Sequence record: NC_019521.1
Reading direction: 5' to 3' (one strand)
Length of the DNA stretch: 64,000 nucleotides
Made by a program: the position numbers and the translations under genes. Under the pieces are notes generated by a model. That model was given only the letters and a program-made list of their open reading frames with translations, made no database searches and had not been told where the DNA came from. Positions 45,401 through 54,107 of this stretch are shown here, piece by piece (position 1 is the stretch's first letter; every line of letters begins with the position of its first letter).

Positions 45401-46317
45401 CAAATGAAGATGAACAAGCTATTATCGCAGCTGGTTTGGAAATAGCTAAAATGGATTCGATACAACAAAATAATCTGATGATCGAATCAGTTAGATGGCT
45501 GTTGAAAAATGATAAGTATACGAATAAACTTGATACAGCTACTTACGATAATCTTCCAAAAGCGATTTACGATAATAACATTCAGATAATAACTGATTCG
45601 AATTTAACTGAAGAAATTGCTCAAGTCAATGAGGATTATTTAGGAGTAATTACTTCGATTTCGGTAATGTCTTATCGAAGGTTTAATGAAGCGATTCCAA
45701 TAGCAATTCGATTATTGTCAATGTATTGCTCTGATACTGCGTTATTCATATTCGATTCTTGTGTTTCCGAAAATGGTAAACTGAATAAAACTGAAGTTGA
45801 TAGATACTTGCAATTGATTCAGTTAGTCAAACATAGTGAAAGAGATGATATCGCTCCAGCATTCTTTGAATTACTTGAAGACATTTACAAAATCGTAAAC
45901 GTTTTCGTCGAAGACCCTGATTATACTATCGATCAAGCTATTCTTTCATCTAATATCGATAACATAACAATCAAGTTCTTAGAAGCTATGAATTTAGAAT
46001 TACGAACCGATCAAATGCGTCAGAAATATCGAGATGAAGTTAATCGAATCGTAAATATTCTTACTAAGAAGAAACGTAAAAACAAACAAGTGTATCTAGA
46101 ATTCAGAGTTCTTCCAAGTCCTGATAATGAAACAAGACAAAAACGAGAAGCTTACAATGCAATTCTAAATAGAATATTCGAACTTAACGATTCTAAGGTT
46201 GAGGAAATCAACAGAATTCGTTTAAGTCATATCGATGACGATTTAGTGATAACTAAACAAACTGAAACTCTCAGAAACATCGATATCAAGAAAGTAAATT
46301 ATACAATCGCTTTATAA
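42403..46317 (+). CDS. Primase (VirE-N/BT4734-like AEP) - SF2 helicase fusion
   Basis: FQIFDLDLK and KSTSGNGIHVY primase motifs; SPPGTGKT, ALDESH, MTGTP, SVGIDI, QFNCRLR helicase motifs. Confidence 0.85.
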   Translation: MKHITIKAIHAKMQEGDDRLYDRRFSLSRENDVNKYSVHLEDTGMHPLIPKFSLKDLAELSKQNQESYTKIIEDIKTSRLSDKRLTGSDQSIFLNENGWDSEDDIEDIDLRIEELKIRLASKYRERIDSNSIDNVIPHELIEEINRLELRKNGWNAMTKFNDTKYILQNSITIFQDAFETNKHIDDFDNNKETRKEKPFKYRNRSLAGILQLIATPNSTNKINREQIYSVTTGIRPVSDSYHLWNGFQIFDLDLKNSSTEHNVDKIKEKLYNDLKQYNWFLGVGKSTSGNGIHVYTKVARPHQYYLNPEDNESLIKYWFRISYIQKYSILRYLLGDVYGLELNLNHPKKAVIDFSMARIQQGAKITYDPNFLINENFEDLQIQFGFHIPPKVNLELEDWLTHQSIMESKKIQNWNREHDIIVESIENNGSFKEFKELDVSTDLEFDRNQTIETLKPFEGEIYYALRWNVVNTVAAIFGEQGREIAHFVLKSEFCKNESEIQGMYNTAITSNKPFTKWGIQILQTCGLQVKYTDEGEDKLDEELKAELKALLQSASKNITRKDNNVITLKSNEYLGNISDVILGKMTQDKVNLVISPPGTGKTEWIKSLVKQGKKVCLVLPYTSIIQAKIEKDEEFSKLFDSYYGYTAIEKHGGKSAVMTIDKFANCDTEQLLHSYDYIALDESHLIFTSSFRLRAMSNALKKIKELTKPKLMSFGLAKTILMTGTPTGEIPYFDFYKNLNLFTITKEEKRSKNVKFRICNTVDEQLCQIAIHIAKSLQIGRKVLFPTNKGDNQAIKLVGMIEFILKRSIKWGYYKKSNQGDELSNSINDDATMSNYELLLASNYLSVGIDIKDIADFECIYDNSFAAYEIEQFNCRLREVDISSTVYLACHTPSGEVSPAIMNVESFSLEMNRIDRDLLRDHLDIAQTKLNLSANYDPITRRIFTPGLDIENGQVVFKLEEHELVKFEERFLQVYKSPYFVARGLAEFGYSIDIEIAEKPNEDEQAIIAAGLEIAKMDSIQQNNLMIESVRWLLKNDKYTNKLDTATYDNLPKAIYDNNIQIITDSNLTEEIAQVNEDYLGVITSISVMSYRRFNEAIPIAIRLLSMYCSDTALFIFDSCVSENGKLNKTEVDRYLQLIQLVKHSERDDIAPAFFELLEDIYKIVNVFVEDPDYTIDQAILSSNIDNITIKFLEAMNLELRTDQMRQKYRDEVNRIVNILTKKKRKNKQVYLEFRVLPSPDNETRQKREAYNAILNRIFELNDSKVEEINRIRLSHIDDDLVITKQTETLRNIDIKKVNYTIAL

Positions 46318-46333
46318 GCAATCTTTCCTAAAT

Positions 46334-46365
46334 CCTCGGGTGATTAAGTTCATCCGAGGTTCCTT
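46334..46365 (+). terminator. Hairpin/terminator
   Basis: CCTCGGGTGA-ttaagt-TCATCCGAGG-ttccttt. Confidence 0.65.
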
Positions 46366-46371
46366 TATATT

Positions 46372-46509
46372 ATGCAGAAACCTAAGCAACTTTCAGAAGA
46401 AGAATTGTCAAAAGTAATGAAAACTTTACATGAACAAGAAGTAGAAGACATAAGAAGATTATCTAACAGATTAGAACGTTATCTGAAATTAATGAAGAAA
46501 CAAAAATAA
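46372..46509 (+). CDS. Small helical protein (not in ORF track)
   Basis: MQKPKQLSEEELSKVMKTLHEQEVEDIRRLSNRLERYLKLMKKQK, fills the gap 5 nt before the next ATG. Confidence 0.65.
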   Translation: MQKPKQLSEEELSKVMKTLHEQEVEDIRRLSNRLERYLKLMKKQK

Positions 46510-46514
46510 GCATT

Positions 46515-47051
46515 ATGAAATGGACCACTTTATCAATGTCAGACTTATGGGATTTTATCCATATGCATGATATAAGAACATCTGAATTCATCAAACCTAA
46601 GTTCCCTACTAGGAGATGGGGTCAGTCGTTTACAAAGACTTCTACAACTTGTAAACATTCTGTCGAAAGAATATCCAAACAATTAAACGAACTTAGATTT
46701 GATACGAAAATAGTATCAGACAAAGAAGCTAACGTTAAATTCAAGAATCTTGGAAAGTTCAAATCGATTCAGATATTGACAAAAGACTTGAGAACGTTCA
46801 AAAATAAAATACTTATGTTTAGATTACAGAAAGCTGCTAACGAAATCGCAAAACGTGGAATATCACCAAAAGTGTATGCTGATGCTATTAATTTACATAT
46901 TAATAACTTCGACATGGAGTCAGTAAACTTTCCAAATTACTCACCATTAAAGCAATTCGAATTTCCTAAAGCTATTCGAGTTTACGCTAAATTAGTACCA
47001 TCTGAAGATATTACGGTAAATCCTAACTATAAAAATGATGAAACTAACTAA
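46515..47051 (+). CDS. Hypothetical basic protein
   Basis: 178-aa ORF. Confidence 0.7.
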   Translation: MKWTTLSMSDLWDFIHMHDIRTSEFIKPKFPTRRWGQSFTKTSTTCKHSVERISKQLNELRFDTKIVSDKEANVKFKNLGKFKSIQILTKDLRTFKNKILMFRLQKAANEIAKRGISPKVYADAINLHINNFDMESVNFPNYSPLKQFEFPKAIRVYAKLVPSEDITVNPNYKNDETN

Positions 47052-47238
47052 AGAATTAAAGAAAAATATCGAAGACTATTTCGAAAATAAAACGGGTGAT
47101 GAATTAATAGAAATCATGGAGAAACATGGTATGACAATTACCGAAGTTGAAATATCTGACCCATCGTTTACTGAAGAACCTTCTGATATCATCAGTATCG
47201 ATTTAACTTATGATACTGTAACATTAGAAGAAAGTTAA
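47035..47238 (+). CDS. Hypothetical small acidic protein
   Basis: 67-aa ORF. Confidence 0.65.
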   Translation: MMKLTKELKKNIEDYFENKTGDELIEIMEKHGMTITEVEISDPSFTEEPSDIISIDLTYDTVTLEES

Positions 47239-47245
47239 GTACTAT
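47217..47245 (+). promoter_or_regulatory. Early-type promoter TGTAAC-N17-TACTAT
   Basis: Matches the class. Confidence 0.6.
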
Positions 47246-47268
47246 ACAATTATACTTCTAAAGTAAAT

Positions 47269-48675
47269 ATGACTAAGAAACATACTGTACCAACCACACA
47301 CCAACCACAAGATAAGTTCAATTCGTTATTACTAAAACGTAGAAATCAGTCAAAGGATATCGACGAATTCGATGTTAACAGTGTAATTTTCAATGAACAA
47401 TTCTTTATCGAAGCGTCTGAGAAATATGTAACTGACATGGTTTCTCATACAGAACAAGAGCTTTTCAGAACTAGAAAAATTCGAAGAATCTACAAATCAT
47501 TTGAACATCTTATTCTGGATAACATCCAATATTATTCAAGAATCATTAGAACGATATATCTTTTATTCGAAAATCGTAACGTTCAAGATGGTAGATCGTA
47601 TGGATTAGTAGAAAATCCATTTAGAGGTTTGAGTCGTTCATTATACAAGCAAAAACTTACACCAACTCAAGTTTACTATCTGGCTTTATTACCTTCAGAT
47701 TTTACTTATCATGAATTCATGTTTACTTATCCAGATTCTGAACATGAAATCGAAGAAAAACGTTTAACTAAAGCTGATAGAGCTGTAATGTTCCAAAGTC
47801 TTGTAAACCATAATCGTTTCAAACTTTTACATGAGTTAGCTAGAATAAATACAAAATCTGATGAGTCCGAATCTTATAGTCAAATTCTAGAAAAAGATAA
47901 AACACCTTACAGATTCCTGAAAACTATCATGCCTTATAAGTTCCAGAAAGCTATTAAGGTCGATTTGTTAGAACAACAGGAAGACGCTTTATCGTTCGCT
48001 GACAATTACATGGAGTATCTAAAATTACTTGATACTCTGAATTCAGAACTTCCTAATTATTACGCATCTATTCGTACAGATTCAGTTCAATTATTCAATA
48101 AGATAACATATGCTAAATCTTCATGGGTTTTGAAAACACCTTTAGCTATAGAAACAGATGAAGCTTTTCCAGAAGAACTAACAAAAAATTATGTCAAATA
48201 TCGAGAAGACATAATGAAGTATCATATAAATACTGAATTTTTAGAATTCGCATTATATGAAATGCTTACAGAATCGAGATTGAATATCGATAAGTTTTAT
48301 GGTATTAAATCTTTAACAGACGGTTCAGTTTCTTCAATTAGACTTAGGCGAAAGGTAGGGGGATTAATGATAGTAGAAACTACTTTCGATAAACATGGAA
48401 ATAGTATTTCTGAAAAAGAATTAATCCAATTACGTTCATTATCTTCAGCTATCAAAATTATCGTGAAACAATTCAATTACTATGTTTTTGATATCGATAA
48501 AGCTAATGTCATCAATACGAACCTAGAATCTGTAGGTGATGTAATGAATCATATTTCAGAAGTTGTAACTAGATATCAAACAGAATCTGAAGATATAACA
48601 GATAAATATAACGAAGAAGTTGAAAGGGTTATGAAAACTTATATCAGTTTCATTAAAGAACAAAGACAGATATGA
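47269..48675 (+). CDS. Hypothetical protein
   Basis: 468-aa ORF. Confidence 0.8.
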   Translation: MTKKHTVPTTHQPQDKFNSLLLKRRNQSKDIDEFDVNSVIFNEQFFIEASEKYVTDMVSHTEQELFRTRKIRRIYKSFEHLILDNIQYYSRIIRTIYLLFENRNVQDGRSYGLVENPFRGLSRSLYKQKLTPTQVYYLALLPSDFTYHEFMFTYPDSEHEIEEKRLTKADRAVMFQSLVNHNRFKLLHELARINTKSDESESYSQILEKDKTPYRFLKTIMPYKFQKAIKVDLLEQQEDALSFADNYMEYLKLLDTLNSELPNYYASIRTDSVQLFNKITYAKSSWVLKTPLAIETDEAFPEELTKNYVKYREDIMKYHINTEFLEFALYEMLTESRLNIDKFYGIKSLTDGSVSSIRLRRKVGGLMIVETTFDKHGNSISEKELIQLRSLSSAIKIIVKQFNYYVFDIDKANVINTNLESVGDVMNHISEVVTRYQTESEDITDKYNEEVERVMKTYISFIKEQRQI

Positions 48676-48893
48676 TACATGTAAACTATACTTGTAATAC
48701 AACTGAAATCATTTATGACGATTACAAGATTATTCTTATGGATTTATATCCAAACGATAAAACTGATAAGTTGTATTCTTATGTAAGAATAGACGCTTAT
48801 AGAACACCAGAAACTAAGATTATCGATCAAATCGAATACGATAGATTAATAGAAGAATCTAGAAATCTATTTAAGAATAAAATGAAACGATAG
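48672..48893 (+). CDS. Hypothetical protein
   Basis: 73 aa, ATGA coupling. Confidence 0.65.
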   Translation: MIHVNYTCNTTEIIYDDYKIILMDLYPNDKTDKLYSYVRIDAYRTPETKIIDQIEYDRLIEESRNLFKNKMKR

Positions 48894-48911
48894 TAACTTC
48901 TTTAGTATAAT
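48883..48911 (+). promoter_or_regulatory. Early-type promoter TGAAAC-N17-TATAAT
   Basis: Exact consensus. Confidence 0.75.
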
Positions 48912-48946
48912 TCAATTATATCTTTAACATATTAAATTTGTAAACT

Positions 48947-49399
48947 ATGAGCACAACCTTCGAATTTTTAAACTTCGACGAAATAGTTTCAGGAGAAACT
49001 TCGAAAACTCCTGAAACTATGTCACTATTCGTTGAAGAATCTTCTAGCAGATATTCGTTAATCTTCGATATTAGTTCAGATGACGGTTTCTATGAAGAAG
49101 TTATATTATCACCAAATCTTGAAGATGTGGACAATAACGTTCTAGTAAAATTACATAAAGTATTTACAGAACCTTGGTCTGTTATATCTTTCGGTAATTT
49201 CAAACATGATAAAATCGTAACTATAGCATTTACAAGATTATCAGAATCTAAAATAGTTGTTTCAGTATATAACAAAGATTCAGACGAACCTGCATATTCT
49301 TCCGAATGTAAATTAGATTTAGAAGTATTCAATAGAACATTTTCCCACATAATCGATGATCATTTGTCATTCTTCAAAGATAATATCAAAATATGCTAA
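48947..49399 (+). CDS. Hypothetical acidic protein
   Basis: 150-aa ORF. Confidence 0.7.
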   Translation: MSTTFEFLNFDEIVSGETSKTPETMSLFVEESSSRYSLIFDISSDDGFYEEVILSPNLEDVDNNVLVKLHKVFTEPWSVISFGNFKHDKIVTIAFTRLSESKIVVSVYNKDSDEPAYSSECKLDLEVFNRTFSHIIDDHLSFFKDNIKIC

Positions 49400-49761
49400 A
49401 TATGGAAGAAACTAAACTACTATTTGGTTCTTACGCTAGTAGTAGAATATCAGTATTTGAAGACGATGAAAAATTAGAATTGAAACTAATTCATGAAAAC
49501 GAAGAATACGTTTTAGCCAACCCATCACAGTTTAAGAACATAATCGAAGTTATTCAGTCAGCGATTCTAAACATTTCAAGAATCGATAAACTAAAGCATC
49601 TTATCGTATATGCTGGTGAAATGTTAGATTTCAATTTATACATACATCATGACTATGTGCTAGTAAGTTCTGATGTAGTAAATATACAAATCATTAAACT
49701 TGAGTATAATTATCTAAATATACTTGATACATTCAACGAAATACTTTTCTATAAAAAATAA
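49393..49761 (+). CDS. Hypothetical protein
   Basis: 122-aa ORF. Confidence 0.7.
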   Translation: MLNMEETKLLFGSYASSRISVFEDDEKLELKLIHENEEYVLANPSQFKNIIEVIQSAILNISRIDKLKHLIVYAGEMLDFNLYIHHDYVLVSSDVVNIQIIKLEYNYLNILDTFNEILFYKK

Positions 49762-49765
49762 CATA

Positions 49766-50710
49766 ATGTCAGTATTGCAAAAAGATTTAGTTTGGTTTGA
49801 GAAATACAGACCAAAAACATTGGAAGAAGCTTGTTATCCAAAACGTATTCATGAACAATTCAAAGAAGGATTAAAAAGTAATCTTATCCTTTCAGGTATT
49901 CAGGGTTCTGGGAAAACAACATTAGCTAGAATTCTTACAAAAGACTTTTCAGTTTTAAGATTAGATGGTTCTAAAAATGGTGGTGTCGATGCTGTAAGAA
50001 ATGATATTGAAGCCTTTTGCAGTATTTCAGGATTCGATAATCGTATGAAAATAGTTTTCATTGATGAAGCTGATGCTATGTCAACTGCTGCTCAAGGTGC
50101 TATGCGTGGAACTATTGAGAAATTTGCCAAAGTTGCATATTTCATTCTAACATGTAATTATCCTGAAAAGATTCTTGATCCAGTTAAATCTAGATTCGAT
50201 TTAGTTGATTTCAATTTTACAGGTTCTGAAGCTCAAGAACAGACAGATAATTACATTCGTAGAATTGTTCATATAGCTAAAGCTGAAAATCTAACTATTA
50301 CTAAAGAGGGTATTTTGGAATTGATGAAAAGATTCTTCCCAGACTTTAGATCGATTATCAATAAGATGCAATCTTTGAAACAATCGAATATGTCTTTATC
50401 GATTGAATCTTTAATGGTTTCTGAAACAACAGAAGATTCAGAATTGTATCAATTACTTCTTACAACAAGCTATCCACCAGAACTTTACAAATATGTTAAA
50501 GCTAAGTTCATGAATAAAGAACATGTAGCTTATAACTCATTAGGTTCTACTTTCCTTGAATGGTTAATGTTAGACAAAGTTGGTAAGAATAACAAAGTTG
50601 GTGAAGTTGCAGCATGTGTTCATAAATATCAATACGAATCACAAGGTGTAATAGACAAACTAGTTACATTGTTAGCATGTTGTTACGAAATCAATAGAAT
50701 AATTCGATAG
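49766..50710 (+). CDS. Sliding-clamp loader ATPase subunit (T4 gp44/RFC-like)
   Basis: WFEKYRPKTLEE, GIQGSGKTT, FIDEAD, LTCNY..ILDPVKSRF, FPDFR. Confidence 0.95.
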   Translation: MSVLQKDLVWFEKYRPKTLEEACYPKRIHEQFKEGLKSNLILSGIQGSGKTTLARILTKDFSVLRLDGSKNGGVDAVRNDIEAFCSISGFDNRMKIVFIDEADAMSTAAQGAMRGTIEKFAKVAYFILTCNYPEKILDPVKSRFDLVDFNFTGSEAQEQTDNYIRRIVHIAKAENLTITKEGILELMKRFFPDFRSIINKMQSLKQSNMSLSIESLMVSETTEDSELYQLLLTTSYPPELYKYVKAKFMNKEHVAYNSLGSTFLEWLMLDKVGKNNKVGEVAACVHKYQYESQGVIDKLVTLLACCYEINRIIR

Positions 50711-50713
50711 CGT

Positions 50714-51085
50714 ATGTTAATGAATTGTATTAAATCGTTCAAATCATTAACAGATAACGATAAACTAGAATGTAAATTACAATTCTGTAAAGAAGGTTTG
50801 ATGTTATCTATCTGTAAAAATGAATCACGTTATAGCTTTTCTACAGGTATTTACGTTATCGAATATAATTCAGAAGACTTTCGTAAACGTTTGTCTAACG
50901 TTTCAAAAGATTTAGACAATCATTACGATTATGTGAAGTTTTCTGAAACTATAGATACGTTCTATATCAATAAACATACTATCAGAATATCAGTAAATCA
51001 TTTGTCCGAAGTTCATCATTTCTATATGTCACTCATAGAACTAAGGGACTTGGTTTTCGAATATAACAATCCTGTGAAAGATTAG
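50714..51085 (+). CDS. Hypothetical protein
   Basis: 123-aa ORF. Confidence 0.7.
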   Translation: MLMNCIKSFKSLTDNDKLECKLQFCKEGLMLSICKNESRYSFSTGIYVIEYNSEDFRKRLSNVSKDLDNHYDYVKFSETIDTFYINKHTIRISVNHLSEVHHFYMSLIELRDLVFEYNNPVKD

Positions 51086-51096
51086 TACTATTAACT

Positions 51097-51105
51097 TATA
51101 CATAA
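51097..51105 (+). promoter_or_regulatory. Late-type promoter variant TATACATAA
   Basis: One mismatch. Confidence 0.5.
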
Positions 51106-51116
51106 ATCATATCAAT

Positions 51117-51512
51117 ATGTCAATTGTTGAAAAACTCAAAGAACTCTTAAAAACTAAATCTAAAGAAGAAATTCAAGCAGCTTGGGATGCTGCAGGTGAA
51201 GCTACAAAAGATGTCAAAGGTCCAAAAGTTTCAGATTTTATCGAATCTATAAAGATAGCTAATACTGAAAAACCTATCATGTGTGTTAGAATGAAAGCTG
51301 ACACTAATCGTATGGAAGCTAACGAAATTCGACATAGACTGAATAGACTATTAGATGAAGCTTATCATGTATTAGTTTTAGTAGGTGATGATAACGATAT
51401 CGAATTCATTAATGCTAAATTCGAAGAAACCGGTAAGTATCTATTCACGCAATACGAAGTTCAAACAATTCTCTCAGAAATAGAAGAAGCTTTAAATAAT
51501 GAAGAAAAATAA
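51117..51512 (+). CDS. Hypothetical protein
   Basis: 131-aa ORF. Confidence 0.7.
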   Translation: MSIVEKLKELLKTKSKEEIQAAWDAAGEATKDVKGPKVSDFIESIKIANTEKPIMCVRMKADTNRMEANEIRHRLNRLLDEAYHVLVLVGDDNDIEFINAKFEETGKYLFTQYEVQTILSEIEEALNNEEK

Positions 51513-52245
51513 ATTCGAAGGATTCGGTTATATTCATTTGTGTGATATCGATCAACCTAATTTCGAAGATAATGAAAGATTGATACATGAACATATGAAA
51601 TCTTTTAATCCCGAAATTATCAGATATTCTCAGTATCTTTCAAATCAAAAACCAGTAGATTTTACTACTGGTTTGATTATCAATAATTTACATGATGCTC
51701 TAAATTCAGAAGAAGATACACCTATCGTTCTTATAGACGAAACTCTTGCTAATGCTTACGAATGGATCGGAAGACTTAAATATGGTGCTGTTATTCTTTA
51801 CAATTCTAATTCTATTGATAAAGAATCGTTAATCAACTTTTCTTCTAAATATGTAGAATTGCATCAAAGTTATGTAAGAACAAATTCTAAGACTGAGACT
51901 ATTCAGATAGTTAGAAACGATATGTTCAAATTCGATATCGAAGAATCTATAGAACAGACTAAAGCATTTTACAGATTCGCACCTGTAAGATATTTACCCG
52001 TTCAATTTCAAATCGAATGTAGGGGTAACATTAAGAAACTTGAAGAAGCTATGGAAGATATTTCATTGGTTAAATTTAAGATACGTAAACGTATATCGAC
52101 CAGAAAAGCATTCAATATATTTGATGCTTTATTATTCAGTATCAAATTCGATAATACGTTTTCAAAGTCTGAAGTAAAGTCAGTTCTAAAAGTAAATAAA
52201 CTACTGACAAATAAGATTAACGTTATAGAACATTTTCAATTATGA
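51499..52245 (+). CDS. Hypothetical protein, paralog of the next ORF
   Basis: GYIHLCDIDQPNFEDNERLIHE. Confidence 0.7.
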   Translation: MKKNKFEGFGYIHLCDIDQPNFEDNERLIHEHMKSFNPEIIRYSQYLSNQKPVDFTTGLIINNLHDALNSEEDTPIVLIDETLANAYEWIGRLKYGAVILYNSNSIDKESLINFSSKYVELHQSYVRTNSKTETIQIVRNDMFKFDIEESIEQTKAFYRFAPVRYLPVQFQIECRGNIKKLEEAMEDISLVKFKIRKRISTRKAFNIFDALLFSIKFDNTFSKSEVKSVLKVNKLLTNKINVIEHFQL

Positions 52246-53039
52246 TCGAAACAAATAGAATTTATACAGTAGGAGAATTCAAAAACAAAAAATCAGGTGA
52301 AATTGTATATGGTTACATATTTACGGATGAAGATGAAAAGATATTCGAGTCTTATAATAGACATGTTCACGAATTGATCCGTAGAGCTATTGTTTTCAAA
52401 CAGAGATTTAGTTTAGCTTCTGAAATAGCCGATTTACCTACATCCGATCATAATTTGATAGAACTGGAACGTAAGACTGAACGAGATCGTTATAATTTTG
52501 ATTACTTTAAATCTAGAAAATCTATAGAAGGTGGAGGTATCGTATTCTGGGAGAATTTCAATAGTATTTCTTTAGCTTCAGTTTTCGAAAAATTCACCAT
52601 CGTTAATGTATTTGAAGTATTTGGGTTCGGTTTACCGTTACCATACGTTAATTACAATTCATTTAAGAATAGTATCGTAAACATTTACATATCTGATAAA
52701 TCTACAATAAGTCCTTCTGATTTGATAAATGTCAGATATTCCGCAGATCATATTCATTATGGTATTACTTATTTCAGTACTAAGAATCTACAATGTATTT
52801 TAGATAGTATTGAAGCTACTTCTAAAAAGGCTAATCAATGTAATATCGTAATCGATTTAGAAATTCTAAATGACGAAAGTCTTCTTATATGGTTCGAGAA
52901 AACAGTATTAGCTTACGAATTGATCGACATGACTAATGTAAAATTCTTGATTAAACGTAAACCTCTTCATTCTATAATCAAATCTAATTATCCATTAATA
53001 CTAAAACATTCAAAATTTCATTACGATGAACAAACCTAA
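52242..53039 (+). CDS. Hypothetical protein, paralog of the previous ORF
   Basis: GYIFTDEDEKIFESYNRHVHE. Confidence 0.7.
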   Translation: MIETNRIYTVGEFKNKKSGEIVYGYIFTDEDEKIFESYNRHVHELIRRAIVFKQRFSLASEIADLPTSDHNLIELERKTERDRYNFDYFKSRKSIEGGGIVFWENFNSISLASVFEKFTIVNVFEVFGFGLPLPYVNYNSFKNSIVNIYISDKSTISPSDLINVRYSADHIHYGITYFSTKNLQCILDSIEATSKKANQCNIVIDLEILNDESLLIWFEKTVLAYELIDMTNVKFLIKRKPLHSIIKSNYPLILKHSKFHYDEQT

Positions 53040-53778
53040 AATCAAAATCATATCATTACATGCTAATTCTGGTGCTGGTAAAGATTACATTACCTCATGT
53101 ATGAATTATCTAGCTATCAATCCAAAAGATTTAGACATTTCAAAAATATCAAAAGAAAAATTAGAATATCTTCATAACGTTTCAAATTCTGACATTCAAA
53201 CAGAAACAGGAATTGACTGGAATAGAGGTGACTTAATGGTTTTTAGATTCTCAACACCTTTACGTAGTATAGTTCAAGCTGTAGCAGGTACTGATTTTAC
53301 CATGAATGACATGGATAAGCAATCCACTAAATTGTATCATCCTAAACATTTGAAACATGGAGAATCGATACGTGATTTACATCTATTACTTTCTGATGCT
53401 GTTAAAAATGCTATCGGAATGCCAGATATCTTCTCAGTTTTGTTGAAACATAGAGTTTTAGATTTAGTAGGTCATATAATAAGTTCTGGTACATATTGGA
53501 AAGAATTCACTATCATTATTCTAGATACAAGATATCCTGAAGAACTAAAAGTGTTGGATGATTTATCCGAAGAACTTGATAAAATGGAATGTGATTATTC
53601 GATAAATTCGATATACATTACATCAGATTCAATTAACAAAATCAATCATTCATCTGAACAAAATCTATACGAACAGTTTCCAGAAAAGTTCAATATCGTA
53701 TTTCATAACGATAAAACTAGAACTACTAGAGAAACTTTGAAAGCTGTAAAAACTGAAATAGTTGACAAGCTTAAGTGA
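53026..53778 (+). CDS. Deoxynucleoside monophosphate kinase (T4 gp1-like)
   Basis: ISLHANSGAGKDY P-loop, FRFSTPLR, IRDL, ILDTRYPEE. Confidence 0.8.
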   Translation: MNKPKIKIISLHANSGAGKDYITSCMNYLAINPKDLDISKISKEKLEYLHNVSNSDIQTETGIDWNRGDLMVFRFSTPLRSIVQAVAGTDFTMNDMDKQSTKLYHPKHLKHGESIRDLHLLLSDAVKNAIGMPDIFSVLLKHRVLDLVGHIISSGTYWKEFTIIILDTRYPEELKVLDDLSEELDKMECDYSINSIYITSDSINKINHSSEQNLYEQFPEKFNIVFHNDKTRTTRETLKAVKTEIVDKLK

Positions 53779-53804
53779 AACAATTTGTAAAGATTAGGTA
53801 ATAT
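53776..53804 (+). promoter_or_regulatory. Early-type promoter TGAAAC-N17-TAATAT
   Basis: Matches the class. Confidence 0.65.
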
Positions 53805-53810
53805 ATTATC

Positions 53811-54107
53811 ATGAAAATACTAATATCATTATTACTTTGTATCAGTTTATTAAGCTGTTCTAGAGATGTTTATGTAGATGGTAAGGATGAAAAAGGTTAC
53901 TTCTTTTATCATGAAGAATGTATAAAATCCGAAACATATACTGAAACAGTGCCAACTTTGATAAACGACGGTACTGGAATGTCAATGGGTGGTGGAGTTT
54001 ATCTATCAACTCAAACATATACAGAATGTCTAGAATCGATAATCGTAAAACGTTACATGAGTAATAGTGATACTAGTAAATACGAAAACATATACATAAG
54101 AAAATAA
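53811..54107 (+). CDS. Lipoprotein
   Basis: MKILISLLLCISLLS|C signal peptide II with lipobox. Confidence 0.75.
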   Translation: MKILISLLLCISLLSCSRDVYVDGKDEKGYFFYHEECIKSETYTETVPTLINDGTGMSMGGGVYLSTQTYTECLESIIVKRYMSNSDTSKYENIYIRK

